This document shows positions 21,720-31,618 of a stretch of DNA of 64,000 nucleotides, piece after piece. The translations under genes were made by a program, and so were the position numbers. The DNA is from Candidatus Gottesmanbacteria bacterium (lineage in GTDB: Bacteria; Patescibacteriota; Microgenomatia; UBA10105; UBA927), in assembly GCA_016218255.1 (NCBI GenBank), contig JACREN010000002.1, positions 4,029 through 68,028 on the forward strand, in the 5' to 3' direction. The notes under the pieces are model-generated. The model did not search any database. It was not told the origin of the DNA and saw only the letters and a list, made by a program, of their open reading frames with translations. Within the stretch, counting starts at the first letter, position 1. The number at the start of each line of letters is the position of its first letter.

Positions 21720-22229
21720 ATGAAAAATATAACAGCCGGCAAAAATCCACCCGAACAAATTAATGTATTTGTCGAGATTCCCATGGGCGGAAGCATAAAA
21801 TATGAATTAGACAAAGAAAGCGGCGTGGTATTTGTCGACCGATTTCTCTACACCGCATTTACGTATCCTTTTAATTATGGCTTTGTGCCGGGTACCAAAG
21901 CAAAGGATGGCGATCCCGTCGATGTATTAGTGCTGTGTGATAAAATCGTACAGGCAGGTACAGTGCTTCCTGCAACTCCCATCGGCATGCTGGAGATGGA
22001 AGATGAAGAGGGGATCGATACGAAAATTATCGCAGTCCCTACTAAAAAAGTGGACCCGGACTGGGGAGCATATGGCGACATTTCTGAAATCAGCCAGGCT
22101 ATCAAGGACAAAATCAAGCACTTCTTCGAACACTATAAAGAACTCGAACCGGGTAAATGGGTAAAAATTAAAAACTGGAAAGATAAAGCTGCGGCTTTAG
22201 AAGACATAAGGAATGCGCTAACAGGATAA
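21720..22229 (+). CDS. ppa: inorganic pyrophosphatase (family I)
   Basis: ...NVFVEIPMGGSIKYELDKESG...DGDPVDVLV active-site Asp cluster. Confidence 0.9.
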   Translation: MKNITAGKNPPEQINVFVEIPMGGSIKYELDKESGVVFVDRFLYTAFTYPFNYGFVPGTKAKDGDPVDVLVLCDKIVQAGTVLPATPIGMLEMEDEEGIDTKIIAVPTKKVDPDWGAYGDISEISQAIKDKIKHFFEHYKELEPGKWVKIKNWKDKAAALEDIRNALTG

Positions 22230-22238
22230 TTAGGAAGT

Positions 22239-24719
22239 ATGAATATCGGTAAAATCGTACCATCTGAAATAGTGACGGAAATGCAAAAGTCGTATCTGGA
22301 CTATGCCATGAGCGTCATCGTGGCACGCGCCCTTCCGGACGTCCGGGACGGTCTGAAACCCGTCCACAGAAGAATCCTGTATGCCATGCATCAGATGGGT
22401 CTGCACCACACCAGCCGCTACACCAAAAGCGCAAAAGTCGTGGGAGAAGTGCTCGGGAAATATCATCCACACGGCGACGCGCCGGTATATGAAGCCATGG
22501 TGCGGCTTGCCCAAAATTTTTCCATGCGCTACATGCTTATCGACGGCCAGGGAAACTATGGATCCGTAGACGGCGATCCGCCGGCCGCCATGCGGTATAC
22601 GGAATGCCGGTTGGCGGCAATTGCTGACGAGATGCTTCTGGATATCGAAAAGGAGACGGTTGACTTTACTCCGAATTTTGACGGCACCATCGATGAACCG
22701 CTGTATGTCCCGGCCAAACTGCCCAATCTGCTTCTTATGGGAAGCGAAGGCATTGCGGTCGGCATGGCGACCAAAATTCCGCCGCACAACCTAACTGAAG
22801 TCGTGGACGCCATCGTAGCGATGATAGCAAAGACGAAAATAGAGAAGCAATCAGTTTTTCACTTTGACATCACCATTGACGAACTCATGGAGCATATCCA
22901 GGGTCCGGATTTTCCAACCGGAGGCGCTATTTATGACATAAACGAGATTAAGACCGCCTACGCCACCGGACGGGGTAAAATTGTCATGCGCGGGAAAGCA
23001 GAAATCGAAGAAATCGGCCAGGGCAAAAGCGCCATCATCATATCCGAACTTCCGTATCAGGTAAATAAGGCACAGCTCGTTGCTAAAATTGCCGATCTCG
23101 TACACGAAAAAAAACTGGAAGGCATTTCGGATCTTCGCGATGAATCCGACCGCCGCGGTATCCGCGTGTATGTCGAGCTTAAACGGGATGCCCGGCCCAA
23201 ACAGGTACTGAATAATCTGTACAAGCACACCGCGCTCCAAACGACGTTCCCGGTCAACACCGTAGCACTCGTCGATAACACGCCGCAGACCTGTTCACTC
23301 AAACTAATCTTGGAAGAATATATTAAACACCGCCACAACGTGATACGGAAACGCAGCGAATTTGAGCTAAGGGAGGCCCGCGCCCGTGAACACATTCTGG
23401 AAGGGCTAAAAATCGCCGTCGACCACATCGACGAAGTCATCGCTATCATCAAAAAAAGCAAAGATGCCGATGAGGCAAAATCCAAACTCATGACAAAATT
23501 CGGCTTATCCGATCTTCAGGCTACCGCCATCCTTGATATGCAGCTGCGTCGATTAGCAGCTCTCGAGCGCCAAAAAATCGAGGATGAACTGGCCATGGTG
23601 CGCGAAACGATCGCGTATCTCGAAGATTTATTGGCTCACCCGGATAAAATCCTAAAAGTGGTAAAAGACGAACTTGTGAAGCTCAAGGAAAAATATGGCG
23701 ATGAACGGCGAACCCGGGTATATAAAAGCAAAGTCGGGGAATTCAGCGAAGAACAGCTTATCGCCAACGAAGAAGTTATCATCACCATGACCCAAACCGG
23801 ATATATCAAACGATTGCCCAGGGCGACATTTAAAATGCAGGAGCGGGGAGGCAAAGGCGTCATCGGCATGGCCACAAAAGAAGAAGATACGATTGACCGG
23901 ATCGTATCGGCACAAACACATGACAACATGCTCTTTTTCACCGACCGCGGCCGCGTCTATCAGGTGCGCGTCTGGGATATACAGGAATCCAGCCGTCAAT
24001 CCAAAGGCCAGGCGGTAGTCAATCTCATCAATATCGAAGGCGGAGAACGGGTAACTTCTGTACTCACCTACAGCCTCAAGAAAGATGAACAAAAAGAGCT
24101 CGGCGTTAAATACATCCTTATGGCCACAAAAAACGGCACGATCAAAAAATCAAAACTTACGGAGTACGAAAACATACGGCGGAGCGGACTGGTTGCCATA
24201 AAGCTCGACAAAGGCGATGAGCTTGCGTGGGCCAAAATTACCAGCGGCAGTGATGACATCCTCCTGGTGACGCACGAAGGTAAGTCAATCCGATTTTCCG
24301 AGGCGGAAGTGCGCCCGACCGGCCGCGATACCATGGGCGTCCGGGGCATCCTCTTAAAAGACGTAGATTATGTCGTTAGCGTCGACGTGATAGACGATCA
24401 GACAAAAAAAGCGGATTTCCTGACCGTTATGGGTAAAGGCATGGGTAAAAAAACAGCCATTAAGGATTTTCCCAAACAAAAGCGCGGCGGTCAGGGCGTG
24501 AAAGTGGCAGAGATAAAGGATAAAACCGGCAAAGTGATCATATCTCAGATTGTACCTGCCGAGTGTGACAGTGTGATCTTAACGTCCACCAAGGGACAGG
24601 TTGTGAAGCTCCCGATCGCCTCTGTGCCGATCCTGGGTCGCGCCACCTCCGGCGTCATTCTCATGCGCTTCACCGACAAAAGTGATACCATCGCCGCCGC
24701 TACCTGCCTCACAAAATAA
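22239..24719 (+). CDS. gyrA: DNA gyrase subunit A
   Basis: [33 protein letters not shown]; 826 aa with C-terminal beta-pinwheel repeats. Confidence 0.95.
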   Translation: MNIGKIVPSEIVTEMQKSYLDYAMSVIVARALPDVRDGLKPVHRRILYAMHQMGLHHTSRYTKSAKVVGEVLGKYHPHGDAPVYEAMVRLAQNFSMRYMLIDGQGNYGSVDGDPPAAMRYTECRLAAIADEMLLDIEKETVDFTPNFDGTIDEPLYVPAKLPNLLLMGSEGIAVGMATKIPPHNLTEVVDAIVAMIAKTKIEKQSVFHFDITIDELMEHIQGPDFPTGGAIYDINEIKTAYATGRGKIVMRGKAEIEEIGQGKSAIIISELPYQVNKAQLVAKIADLVHEKKLEGISDLRDESDRRGIRVYVELKRDARPKQVLNNLYKHTALQTTFPVNTVALVDNTPQTCSLKLILEEYIKHRHNVIRKRSEFELREARAREHILEGLKIAVDHIDEVIAIIKKSKDADEAKSKLMTKFGLSDLQATAILDMQLRRLAALERQKIEDELAMVRETIAYLEDLLAHPDKILKVVKDELVKLKEKYGDERRTRVYKSKVGEFSEEQLIANEEVIITMTQTGYIKRLPRATFKMQERGGKGVIGMATKEEDTIDRIVSAQTHDNMLFFTDRGRVYQVRVWDIQESSRQSKGQAVVNLINIEGGERVTSVLTYSLKKDEQKELGVKYILMATKNGTIKKSKLTEYENIRRSGLVAIKLDKGDELAWAKITSGSDDILLVTHEGKSIRFSEAEVRPTGRDTMGVRGILLKDVDYVVSVDVIDDQTKKADFLTVMGKGMGKKTAIKDFPKQKRGGQGVKVAEIKDKTGKVIISQIVPAECDSVILTSTKGQVVKLPIASVPILGRATSGVILMRFTDKSDTIAAATCLTK

Positions 24720-24791
24720 AACAGGTACTCATAGGCATCCTTTCATCTGCTTACGACAACATACATAAACGAAAAATGTTTGATCCTATGA

Positions 24792-25847
24792 TTACTGCAT
24801 GAACGAGACTAAAAATATACCCGGAAGATAAGTCATCTGATACGCAACGCGAGCGGCATTAAGCGCCATTAATCCAAACGCCACCACATACACCAGACGC
24901 TTTTCCCAAAGAGCAAAGGTTCGACAGAAATAAAGCGCATACGCCATGCTAAAAAGCATGCTTAACGCGACGATCTGTAAACTACGGACATGAAGAATGG
25001 GAATCCAAGCCCATGAAACAATAGCTGCCACTATATACGACGCAACCGCACCATGCCATATCATCCCTCCTAGCGTACGATACCCATTCTCCATGAAGTG
25101 CAGGTAATACCCCGCAACCCAGATCACGACAACGGGAAAGGCAACGAACGGAATACCTGCAAAGCCGCTAAGATAGGGTAAGGTAAACGCCGGATGCATA
25201 TAACTCCGGACCCATGCGGTTCCTGCGATAAATCGAGGATAATCCCTCGGAATTCCCAGAATATAAAGACCAAAAAGCAATCCTGCGGAAATAACTACTG
25301 CAGTCACTCTGTTTTTGTGTCTCAAGACCATATAGTAAAACGTCATCGGTATATAGAAATAGAGGTATCCGAAATCCAACAATAGCCCGGACAACAAGGT
25401 GCCAAACAAAAACAAGAAATGAACCGATTTTCTCTGAAGTAAAAAAATCGTCAATAACATCGCCGTCAACAGGGCAGTGTAAGGCTTAACCCGCCAATCA
25501 AATATGACAAAATAGCCGGAAAGTGCATATACCGCCACAAGCATTTTCCCAAAAAATCTATCATGAAGAGCAGAACCGATTTTCCAAAGCACATAACAAT
25601 TGATGCCAAAAAAAATAAAACTGGAAAATCTAAGCCACGGCAACGCAAGAGAAACAGACGACCATGCCTTGAGAAAAATATAATACATCGGGGGCCGGGC
25701 CGCGTCCGTAGACCGAAGCATGATATCTATAAAAGGGCGGGACACGATGGTATACGCGATGTGCTCGTCTGCCCAAATTGGCAGCACCATGATCATAAAA
25801 AATCGAACCAACATTCCAAACAAAACCAATACAGCAAATAAACTCAT
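24792..25847 (-). CDS. polytopic membrane protein, probable GT-C fold glycosyltransferase
   Basis: 351 aa, about 10 TM helices; first periplasmic loop carries acidic DE pair (IWADEHIAYTI) typical of GT-C enzymes. Confidence 0.45.
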   Translation of the reverse strand: MSLFAVLVLFGMLVRFFMIMVLPIWADEHIAYTIVSRPFIDIMLRSTDAARPPMYYIFLKAWSSVSLALPWLRFSSFIFFGINCYVLWKIGSALHDRFFGKMLVAVYALSGYFVIFDWRVKPYTALLTAMLLTIFLLQRKSVHFLFLFGTLLSGLLLDFGYLYFYIPMTFYYMVLRHKNRVTAVVISAGLLFGLYILGIPRDYPRFIAGTAWVRSYMHPAFTLPYLSGFAGIPFVAFPVVVIWVAGYYLHFMENGYRTLGGMIWHGAVASYIVAAIVSWAWIPILHVRSLQIVALSMLFSMAYALYFCRTFALWEKRLVYVVAFGLMALNAARVAYQMTYLPGIFLVSFMQ

Positions 25848-25919
25848 ATCTCTATCTCATATAACCATACTCTGTATTTCGGAAAAAAAGCAATCAGCAC
25901 CATTCATCTTTTTTATTCT

Positions 25920-26441
25920 ATGAAGTACAATGATTATATGAAGAAAATCAGACTCAGAAACGCATCATATGTGCGGAATTTCGTCTTTGGTGTGGAAGAT
26001 AGCCTTGTCTCAACCGTCGGTCTCCTATCGGGAATCGCGGTCGGCGGGGTAGCACGAAATGACATCGTACTAACCGGCATCATTCTTTTATTGGTTGAAG
26101 CGTTTTCCATGGCAATCGGCAGTTTATTATCTGAACAATCAGCAGAAGAATATCTCCAGCGCCGCGAAGTGCCACCACTTGCACTCGTGGCCAATAGCCT
26201 CATCATGTTTTTCTCCTATTTTTGCTCCGGTCTCCTGACTTTATTTCCGTATTTTTTCTCCGAACCGCACGCAGCACTGCCTTTTTCTGTTGGCATCGCA
26301 CTGCTTGCGCTCTTTGGCTTAGGAGCAATCAATGCGCGCCTCTTCAAGATTCGACTGTTTAAAAATGGCATCCGAACTATGATGATCGGCGGATTTGCCA
26401 TACTCGTTGGCGTCACCGCAAGCGTGCTGCTCACGCGTTAA
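25920..26441 (+). CDS. VIT1/CCC1 family iron/manganese transporter
   Basis: NFVFGVEDSLVSTVGLLSGIAVG motif and 5-TM layout. Confidence 0.7.
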   Translation: MKYNDYMKKIRLRNASYVRNFVFGVEDSLVSTVGLLSGIAVGGVARNDIVLTGIILLLVEAFSMAIGSLLSEQSAEEYLQRREVPPLALVANSLIMFFSYFCSGLLTLFPYFFSEPHAALPFSVGIALLALFGLGAINARLFKIRLFKNGIRTMMIGGFAILVGVTASVLLTR

Positions 26442-26449
26442 CGCATATC

Positions 26450-27274
26450 ATGAAAATAGACGGCAAAGCAATTGCGGAACAGATACTGACAATGTGTTCC
26501 AAACGCGTACTGGATCTGAAGCATAAAGGCACGATACCAACTATGGCCGTCATCCAGGTTGGAGACGATCCGGCATCCACTGCCTACATCAACCAAAAGA
26601 AAAAGGCGGCAGAGCGCATCGGCGCTTTACTCATACATAAAAAATTACCCACTGGGGTAACGTATCAACATGTTAACATGTTAATATGTGAATACAATAC
26701 AAATCCAGCTATCCACGGCGTCATTATCCAACAGCCATTACCACACACACTCGGAGACAGCGCAACCCTCATAGGCCAAATAGACCCAAAAAAAGATATA
26801 GACGGTTTTTTGCCGAACTCACCATATCCGGTTCCCGTCGCGTCAGCGGTGGTCGAAATTCTGCGTTCCGTTTTTTCCCAATTTGACTCGTCACTAAATA
26901 CGAAAAATATTGTTGTCATCGGCAGGGGAGCAACCGCGGGAAAACCGATTGCGGATTTGTTAATTTCGCGCGGACTCAACCCAACAGTCATTCATTCACA
27001 AACAAATAATTCCAAAGAAATTATAAAAACCGCGGATATCGTAGTAAGTTGTGTAGGGAAACCAAATATTGTACGACGAGATAATATAAAAAGGGATGCC
27101 GTTCTGATCAGTGTCGGCATCTGGCGAGACAGCAGCGGCAAGCTCCACGGTGATTACGAAGAGGATGCAATCAAAGATATCGCCGGATCTTACACGCCTA
27201 CACCCGGAGGAGTAGGACCTGTCAACGTAGCCTGCCTCATGCAGAATCTTATTTCGGCTGCAATAAACAGTTGA
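26450..27274 (+). CDS. folD: bifunctional methylenetetrahydrofolate dehydrogenase/methenyl-THF cyclohydrolase
   Basis: MKIDGKAIAEQI...VIQVGDDPASTAYINQKKKA; C-terminal TPTPGGVGPVNVACLMQN. Confidence 0.9.
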   Translation: MKIDGKAIAEQILTMCSKRVLDLKHKGTIPTMAVIQVGDDPASTAYINQKKKAAERIGALLIHKKLPTGVTYQHVNMLICEYNTNPAIHGVIIQQPLPHTLGDSATLIGQIDPKKDIDGFLPNSPYPVPVASAVVEILRSVFSQFDSSLNTKNIVVIGRGATAGKPIADLLISRGLNPTVIHSQTNNSKEIIKTADIVVSCVGKPNIVRRDNIKRDAVLISVGIWRDSSGKLHGDYEEDAIKDIAGSYTPTPGGVGPVNVACLMQNLISAAINS

Positions 27275-27310
27275 CGAATTCTACAAAAGGCATCTATACT
27301 GGATTTATAT

Positions 27311-28039
27311 ATGAATCAACTCATTCCGGCAGTTCTTTTATTTTTTGTCGCGCTTTTTACCTACACCAAATTTGCTGGCCCCATCCCATTTTCCATAACG
27401 AGCACTACCACAACCAAAAGTGATACCTTTACGGTGTCAGGGGAAGGGAAAGTAGTTGTTGTACCCGATAGCGCAGTAGTTCACGCCGGTGTACAGACCA
27501 CAGCAGGAACCGCAAAACTTGCACAAGAACAATTAAACAAGGCAGCCAATGCCGTAACTCAAGCAGTCAAGAAGCTGGGCATCGACACCACGGATATAAA
27601 AACTACCAATTATTCTGTCTATCCGATTACCGATTACCAGGATAAGCAACAGCGGATCACGGGCTATCAGGCGTCCAGCAGCCTCACCATAAAAGTCCGC
27701 GATATGGACAAGACGAATAGCGTCATCGACGCAGCCACTGGGGCAGGAGCAAACCAGGTAGGCGGAGTAGTTTTTGAAGTAGCAGATAAATCAAAGGCAG
27801 AAAACGAAGCCAGGGAAAAGGCGGTCTCCGAGGCCAAAAAGAAAGCAAGCGATGCAGCCAGAATTGCCGGATTCCGGCTGGGCAGGATCGTCAATTATAG
27901 CGAAGGATATAATGGCGCACCGCGCCCTATGCCCATTATGGCCAAGGCTGAATCAGCAGATACCGGAGTACCGACTCAGATAGAGCCGGGATCATCCGAA
28001 ATTACCGTGAGCGTAACCCTCTTTTACGAGATACTATAG
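27311..28039 (+). CDS. SIMPL-domain (BP26/DUF541) secreted/anchored protein
   Basis: N-terminal signal anchor; FTVSGEGKVVVVPDSAVVHAGVQT...TTNYSVYPITDY SIMPL pattern. Confidence 0.7.
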   Translation: MNQLIPAVLLFFVALFTYTKFAGPIPFSITSTTTTKSDTFTVSGEGKVVVVPDSAVVHAGVQTTAGTAKLAQEQLNKAANAVTQAVKKLGIDTTDIKTTNYSVYPITDYQDKQQRITGYQASSSLTIKVRDMDKTNSVIDAATGAGANQVGGVVFEVADKSKAENEAREKAVSEAKKKASDAARIAGFRLGRIVNYSEGYNGAPRPMPIMAKAESADTGVPTQIEPGSSEITVSVTLFYEIL

Positions 28040-28082
28040 GTCTTGCTCGCTTCTCCCCAGGGCAGTACAATAATGCGACTCC

Positions 28083-28676
28083 ATGGGAAGAAGCCATATT
28101 ACACCAATTCATCAACCAGACGATACGACGTGTGGGCCATCGGCCCTGAAACTTGCGTTGGAAATTTTTGGCAAGCACAAATCACTAGACACGCTGATCG
28201 AGCTTTGCAAGACAAACAGCAGCGGCACCACCACTCCGAACCTCATTGCCGCAGCGAACAAACTTGGCTATTCTATTCTGGCTGTCGAATATGCGACGCT
28301 ACACCACCTGCAGGGCGCGCTCAAATACCCGCCCAACCGGCCGCGTGCAGCTCTCGTGACATACCTCTATGATCTGGATGAAAAGGAAAACCCCCATCCC
28401 GATTCCGGTCACTGGGCTGTCGTCTGTTCTTATTCAGCCAGAAGCAGCCGCATTGTACTTCTGGACAGCGCCAGCGGAAAGAAAAAATCATACAAATGGG
28501 AAGATTTTCGGGAGCGCTGGATGGATTATGATCTCAAACGGAAAAAAATCAAAAAACGCGGAAAAAAATATAAAATGATCCGCCATTGGCAACAGCAGCC
28601 ACTTATTATTCTCGCAAAAAAAGAAAGCGATTTGCCGAAATTTAAAATCTCGACAGCTAAACTATTTACGCCATAA
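28083..28676 (+). CDS. standalone papain-fold C39-like cysteine peptidase with Lys-rich C-terminal tail
   Basis: Q..TTCGPSALKLALEIFG (Gln oxyanion + catalytic Cys) and SGHWAVVCSY (catalytic His); tail KRKKIKKRGKKYK. Confidence 0.6.
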   Translation: MGRSHITPIHQPDDTTCGPSALKLALEIFGKHKSLDTLIELCKTNSSGTTTPNLIAAANKLGYSILAVEYATLHHLQGALKYPPNRPRAALVTYLYDLDEKENPHPDSGHWAVVCSYSARSSRIVLLDSASGKKKSYKWEDFRERWMDYDLKRKKIKKRGKKYKMIRHWQQQPLIILAKKESDLPKFKISTAKLFTP

Positions 28677-29658
28677 ACCGTCTCAGCGAAGACGCAACAA
28701 TTTCCCAGATAAAATCGGCAAATGACAGCCCCACTGCTTTATATGACACGGTCATGCCGTACTCGTCGCTGTCTCCCAGTCCCGGATTCGCGTTGGCTTC
28801 GAGAACAAAAATGTCCTCTCCGCGGCTCCGGATATCCAGCCGCGCATAGTCACAAAACTCAAACGTTCTCATGCAAGCCCAAGCGATACGATCAAGATTT
28901 ACAGAAAATGCCGGCGCCAATAATGCGAGTTTAACATGAGACAGAGAATACTCTGCATGCTCCTCATTCCAACGGCTGTTAAACGTCAGGAAAGCGTCCT
29001 CTTTGCCCTGATGATCAAACATTATTTCACTCGCAGGCAAGACCGCCCACCCATCTTTACGGGATAAAAGCGTGACCTGAAACTCACGCCCGCCTATGTA
29101 TTCCTCCACGATGACCGGCTGTCCGAATACACGAATCCGCTCCTGTACGACCGGTACCAACGCAAGGGAATCCCTAACCACTGCATCTTTTGTAAGTCCA
29201 ATACTACAATGCTCGAGAGCCAATTTCACAATGACCGGATAGTGAAAATCAGGGCGAACCGATTCTTTTCCCGTTTCAAAAACTTGCCAACGGGGGGTCG
29301 GGATACCCGCTTTATCCATCGCATGCTTCATTCCAACCTTATCGCTTGTTCGATCAAATACGCCAATACGTGACCCGGTAAATGGAATATGCGCTGCCTC
29401 AAGCCTTGTGTACACCATACGCGCCAGTGGCAAATCAAAACCGTCCCACTCAATAAGATTAAAGATGCAGTCCGCCTTTATGGAACTGATAGCGTCGATC
29501 CCATCTTCATGAACAGGCACCAAAAATGATTGTCCGCCTTTTCCTAAAATGGCCGCTGCAACTTCTTCGGCAGAATCTTTCGTATCCTCATCCGTGGATT
29601 TATACGGGCTGGCAATGGCCCGCTTGGTGGGGAGACTATAAAGGACGGCAATACGCAT
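28666..29658 (-). CDS. ATP-grasp ligase, D-alanine--D-alanine ligase family (divergent paralog)
   Basis: Ddl-like blocks IPFTGS, YPVIVK, QPVIVEEYIGGREFQVTLL, ARLDIRSRGEDIFVLEANANPGLG; N-terminal Gly-rich loop of canonical Ddl not recognisable. Confidence 0.6.
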   Translation of the reverse strand: MRIAVLYSLPTKRAIASPYKSTDEDTKDSAEEVAAAILGKGGQSFLVPVHEDGIDAISSIKADCIFNLIEWDGFDLPLARMVYTRLEAAHIPFTGSRIGVFDRTSDKVGMKHAMDKAGIPTPRWQVFETGKESVRPDFHYPVIVKLALEHCSIGLTKDAVVRDSLALVPVVQERIRVFGQPVIVEEYIGGREFQVTLLSRKDGWAVLPASEIMFDHQGKEDAFLTFNSRWNEEHAEYSLSHVKLALLAPAFSVNLDRIAWACMRTFEFCDYARLDIRSRGEDIFVLEANANPGLGDSDEYGMTVSYKAVGLSFADFIWEIVASSLRRFMA

Positions 29659-30941
29659 TATTTTTTTATCAATTTATACCCACGGGTCTTTACGGTCAAA
29701 ACTTCATAGCTGCTTTTTTGGTCCTTAAGCTTCGACCGAACCCGAGCGACCAGCCGGTCAATCGCCCAATCCGACACACCCATGTCTTTGGATTCCGGCC
29801 AGACTGCTTCTATGATCGCATCCCGCTCGCAAAGATCTCCTAGATGAGATTGAAGAAATGAAACGAGCGAATGTTCCTTTTTTGTAAATTCTCCATTACC
29901 TGATCCAGTTGCCAATGTCCCAAGATATTGCGCAAATAACGAGCTAAAAATATGTTGCTTCCCTTGTGTTTCTGAAACGATACCGGTGTTCCACAGATAC
30001 GACGCGGTCCGCCGCATAGTGATATCAATAGCATCACCCCGCGCAGCAGCAATCACGGTTTCTTTTTCTATCTTTGTCAGACTCTCAAATAATTCTTCAG
30101 ACAGCAATTGAATCTGTTCATCTCCCACAAGATACGTCAAAAGATCAGGCGGTGGATTTTTCTCTTCTTGCAGCCGAAGAATCGCAAGATGTAGGTACTG
30201 CACATGACCGCCGGAAAGAATGACAAGCGCATCTCTCACGTCTTCGGTAAAACTCGTGTGATATCGCTCAGCAAGCGTACCAAAAATAATCTTCATATCC
30301 CCGGGCTTTGCAGGAGTCAAAAACATATCGCGGGCAAATACAGAAAGCACGGATTTCGGGAATACGCGGGGAGACAAGTCGTAGAGCGGCCGGTAACTGG
30401 TGAACACATATGACAACTTCTGATGGGCCGCTTCTTTAAGTCCCTGCAGATTATTAAAAAATTCCTGGCTTGCAACATCACTCATCCGGTCAAAACGGAT
30501 CAGGAAAATAGTAGGATATAGCCCACCCGCAACTATCTCCGCTAATACTTTCTGCACACTATCCACCGTAAAGAATAAATCTTTCAGCTGAATGCTTTGC
30601 ACAAAGAGCCTCCGGCACTGTCGTTTGACCGCCTCCGGCAGGGGAGAGCCCTGAACACTGTCCACAAGACGAGTTAAAAGAAGCGTCCAGAAGGGCACGA
30701 TATTCCGTTCTACCAGATCATTTAAATCAACGGTAATAAAGAGGTGCGGCGTGCCATTTCTTATATAAATGGATCCGATATCCTCGTGATAGAGGAAAAA
30801 CCGGAGAAAATTACTGATACCTACTCGTTTGGCGCCGATGAGAACCACGGAATCATGATGTGCAAGGCTTTCTCCCAATTTCCGTGCATCAGCGGCACGA
30901 AATTCAATCGGATACGAGGCTTCGGTCACGCGTTTTGTCAT
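29658..30941 (-). CDS. putative transcriptional regulator: N-terminal degenerate P-loop NTPase-like domain + C-terminal OmpR/PhoB-type winged helix
   Basis: VVLIGAKRVGISNFLRFF (Walker-A-like, Lys replaced) near N-terminus; C-terminal SLVSFLQSHLGDLCERDAIIEAVWPE...DWAIDRLVARVRSKL...TVKTRGYKL matches trans_reg_C wHTH; 1-nt overlap with downstream ATP-grasp gene. Confidence 0.55.
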   Translation of the reverse strand: MTKRVTEASYPIEFRAADARKLGESLAHHDSVVLIGAKRVGISNFLRFFLYHEDIGSIYIRNGTPHLFITVDLNDLVERNIVPFWTLLLTRLVDSVQGSPLPEAVKRQCRRLFVQSIQLKDLFFTVDSVQKVLAEIVAGGLYPTIFLIRFDRMSDVASQEFFNNLQGLKEAAHQKLSYVFTSYRPLYDLSPRVFPKSVLSVFARDMFLTPAKPGDMKIIFGTLAERYHTSFTEDVRDALVILSGGHVQYLHLAILRLQEEKNPPPDLLTYLVGDEQIQLLSEELFESLTKIEKETVIAAARGDAIDITMRRTASYLWNTGIVSETQGKQHIFSSLFAQYLGTLATGSGNGEFTKKEHSLVSFLQSHLGDLCERDAIIEAVWPESKDMGVSDWAIDRLVARVRSKLKDQKSSYEVLTVKTRGYKLIKK

Positions 30942-30992
30942 GATCTCGATTGTAGCGGCTTAAGAGGGAAGATACAAGAAAATCAAATAACC

Positions 30993-31439
30993 TTATGAGC
31001 CGGGCAACGAATCGTATGCGTATATGACCTCATCTTCTTGGAGTTCATTCAATATTAAAATTGTTTGGCGTCTTGCTTCCGCTCCATGGCCTTTAACCGG
31101 CAAATCAAGAACAGACGACTCGCCTGAGACAAGTGCTATCCACCGAGCTTGATCTGAATCCCATGTGATGGTGAGATTTGCTGAATCGACCGCAGGAGGA
31201 TCAGACACCTTAAGACAGTTGATCGCTTGTCTATGCTCCGGATCAATATAAGTCAAATCTGCCCACGCCTCTTCGCTCCCCAAACCCGTAAATCGAACGT
31301 CCTCTCCGATACGCACTATATGCGTTCCTGCAATTTTACAGGTTCGAGCGAATCTTGCTCCCTCGGTCGGCAACTGTGCCTCATCTAATGCGTAAATCAA
31401 TCCAGAATATTGATAAAGCTCCGTCTTCACTTGGCTCAT
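30993..31439 (-). CDS. hypothetical protein (first gene of minus-strand operon)
   Basis: ORF with no recognisable motifs; start set at internal Met; co-directional and closely spaced with regulator gene. Confidence 0.4.
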   Translation of the reverse strand: MSQVKTELYQYSGLIYALDEAQLPTEGARFARTCKIAGTHIVRIGEDVRFTGLGSEEAWADLTYIDPEHRQAINCLKVSDPPAVDSANLTITWDSDQARWIALVSGESSVLDLPVKGHGAEARRQTILILNELQEDEVIYAYDSLPGS

Positions 31440-31618
31440 ATATGCAGTAGAGCATACCAGGAAATGGCCAAAAAGCAAGCCCCACGGCCCTTTGTCAGAA
31501 AGATGTCAGGAAAAGATATGAAGCCTGTCAAGGACAACGCAACGTACCATCATATAATTCATTTACGAACGTGTGTTGGCCACCACTGGACACGCTAACA
31601 GCTATCCTTTACCATAGA

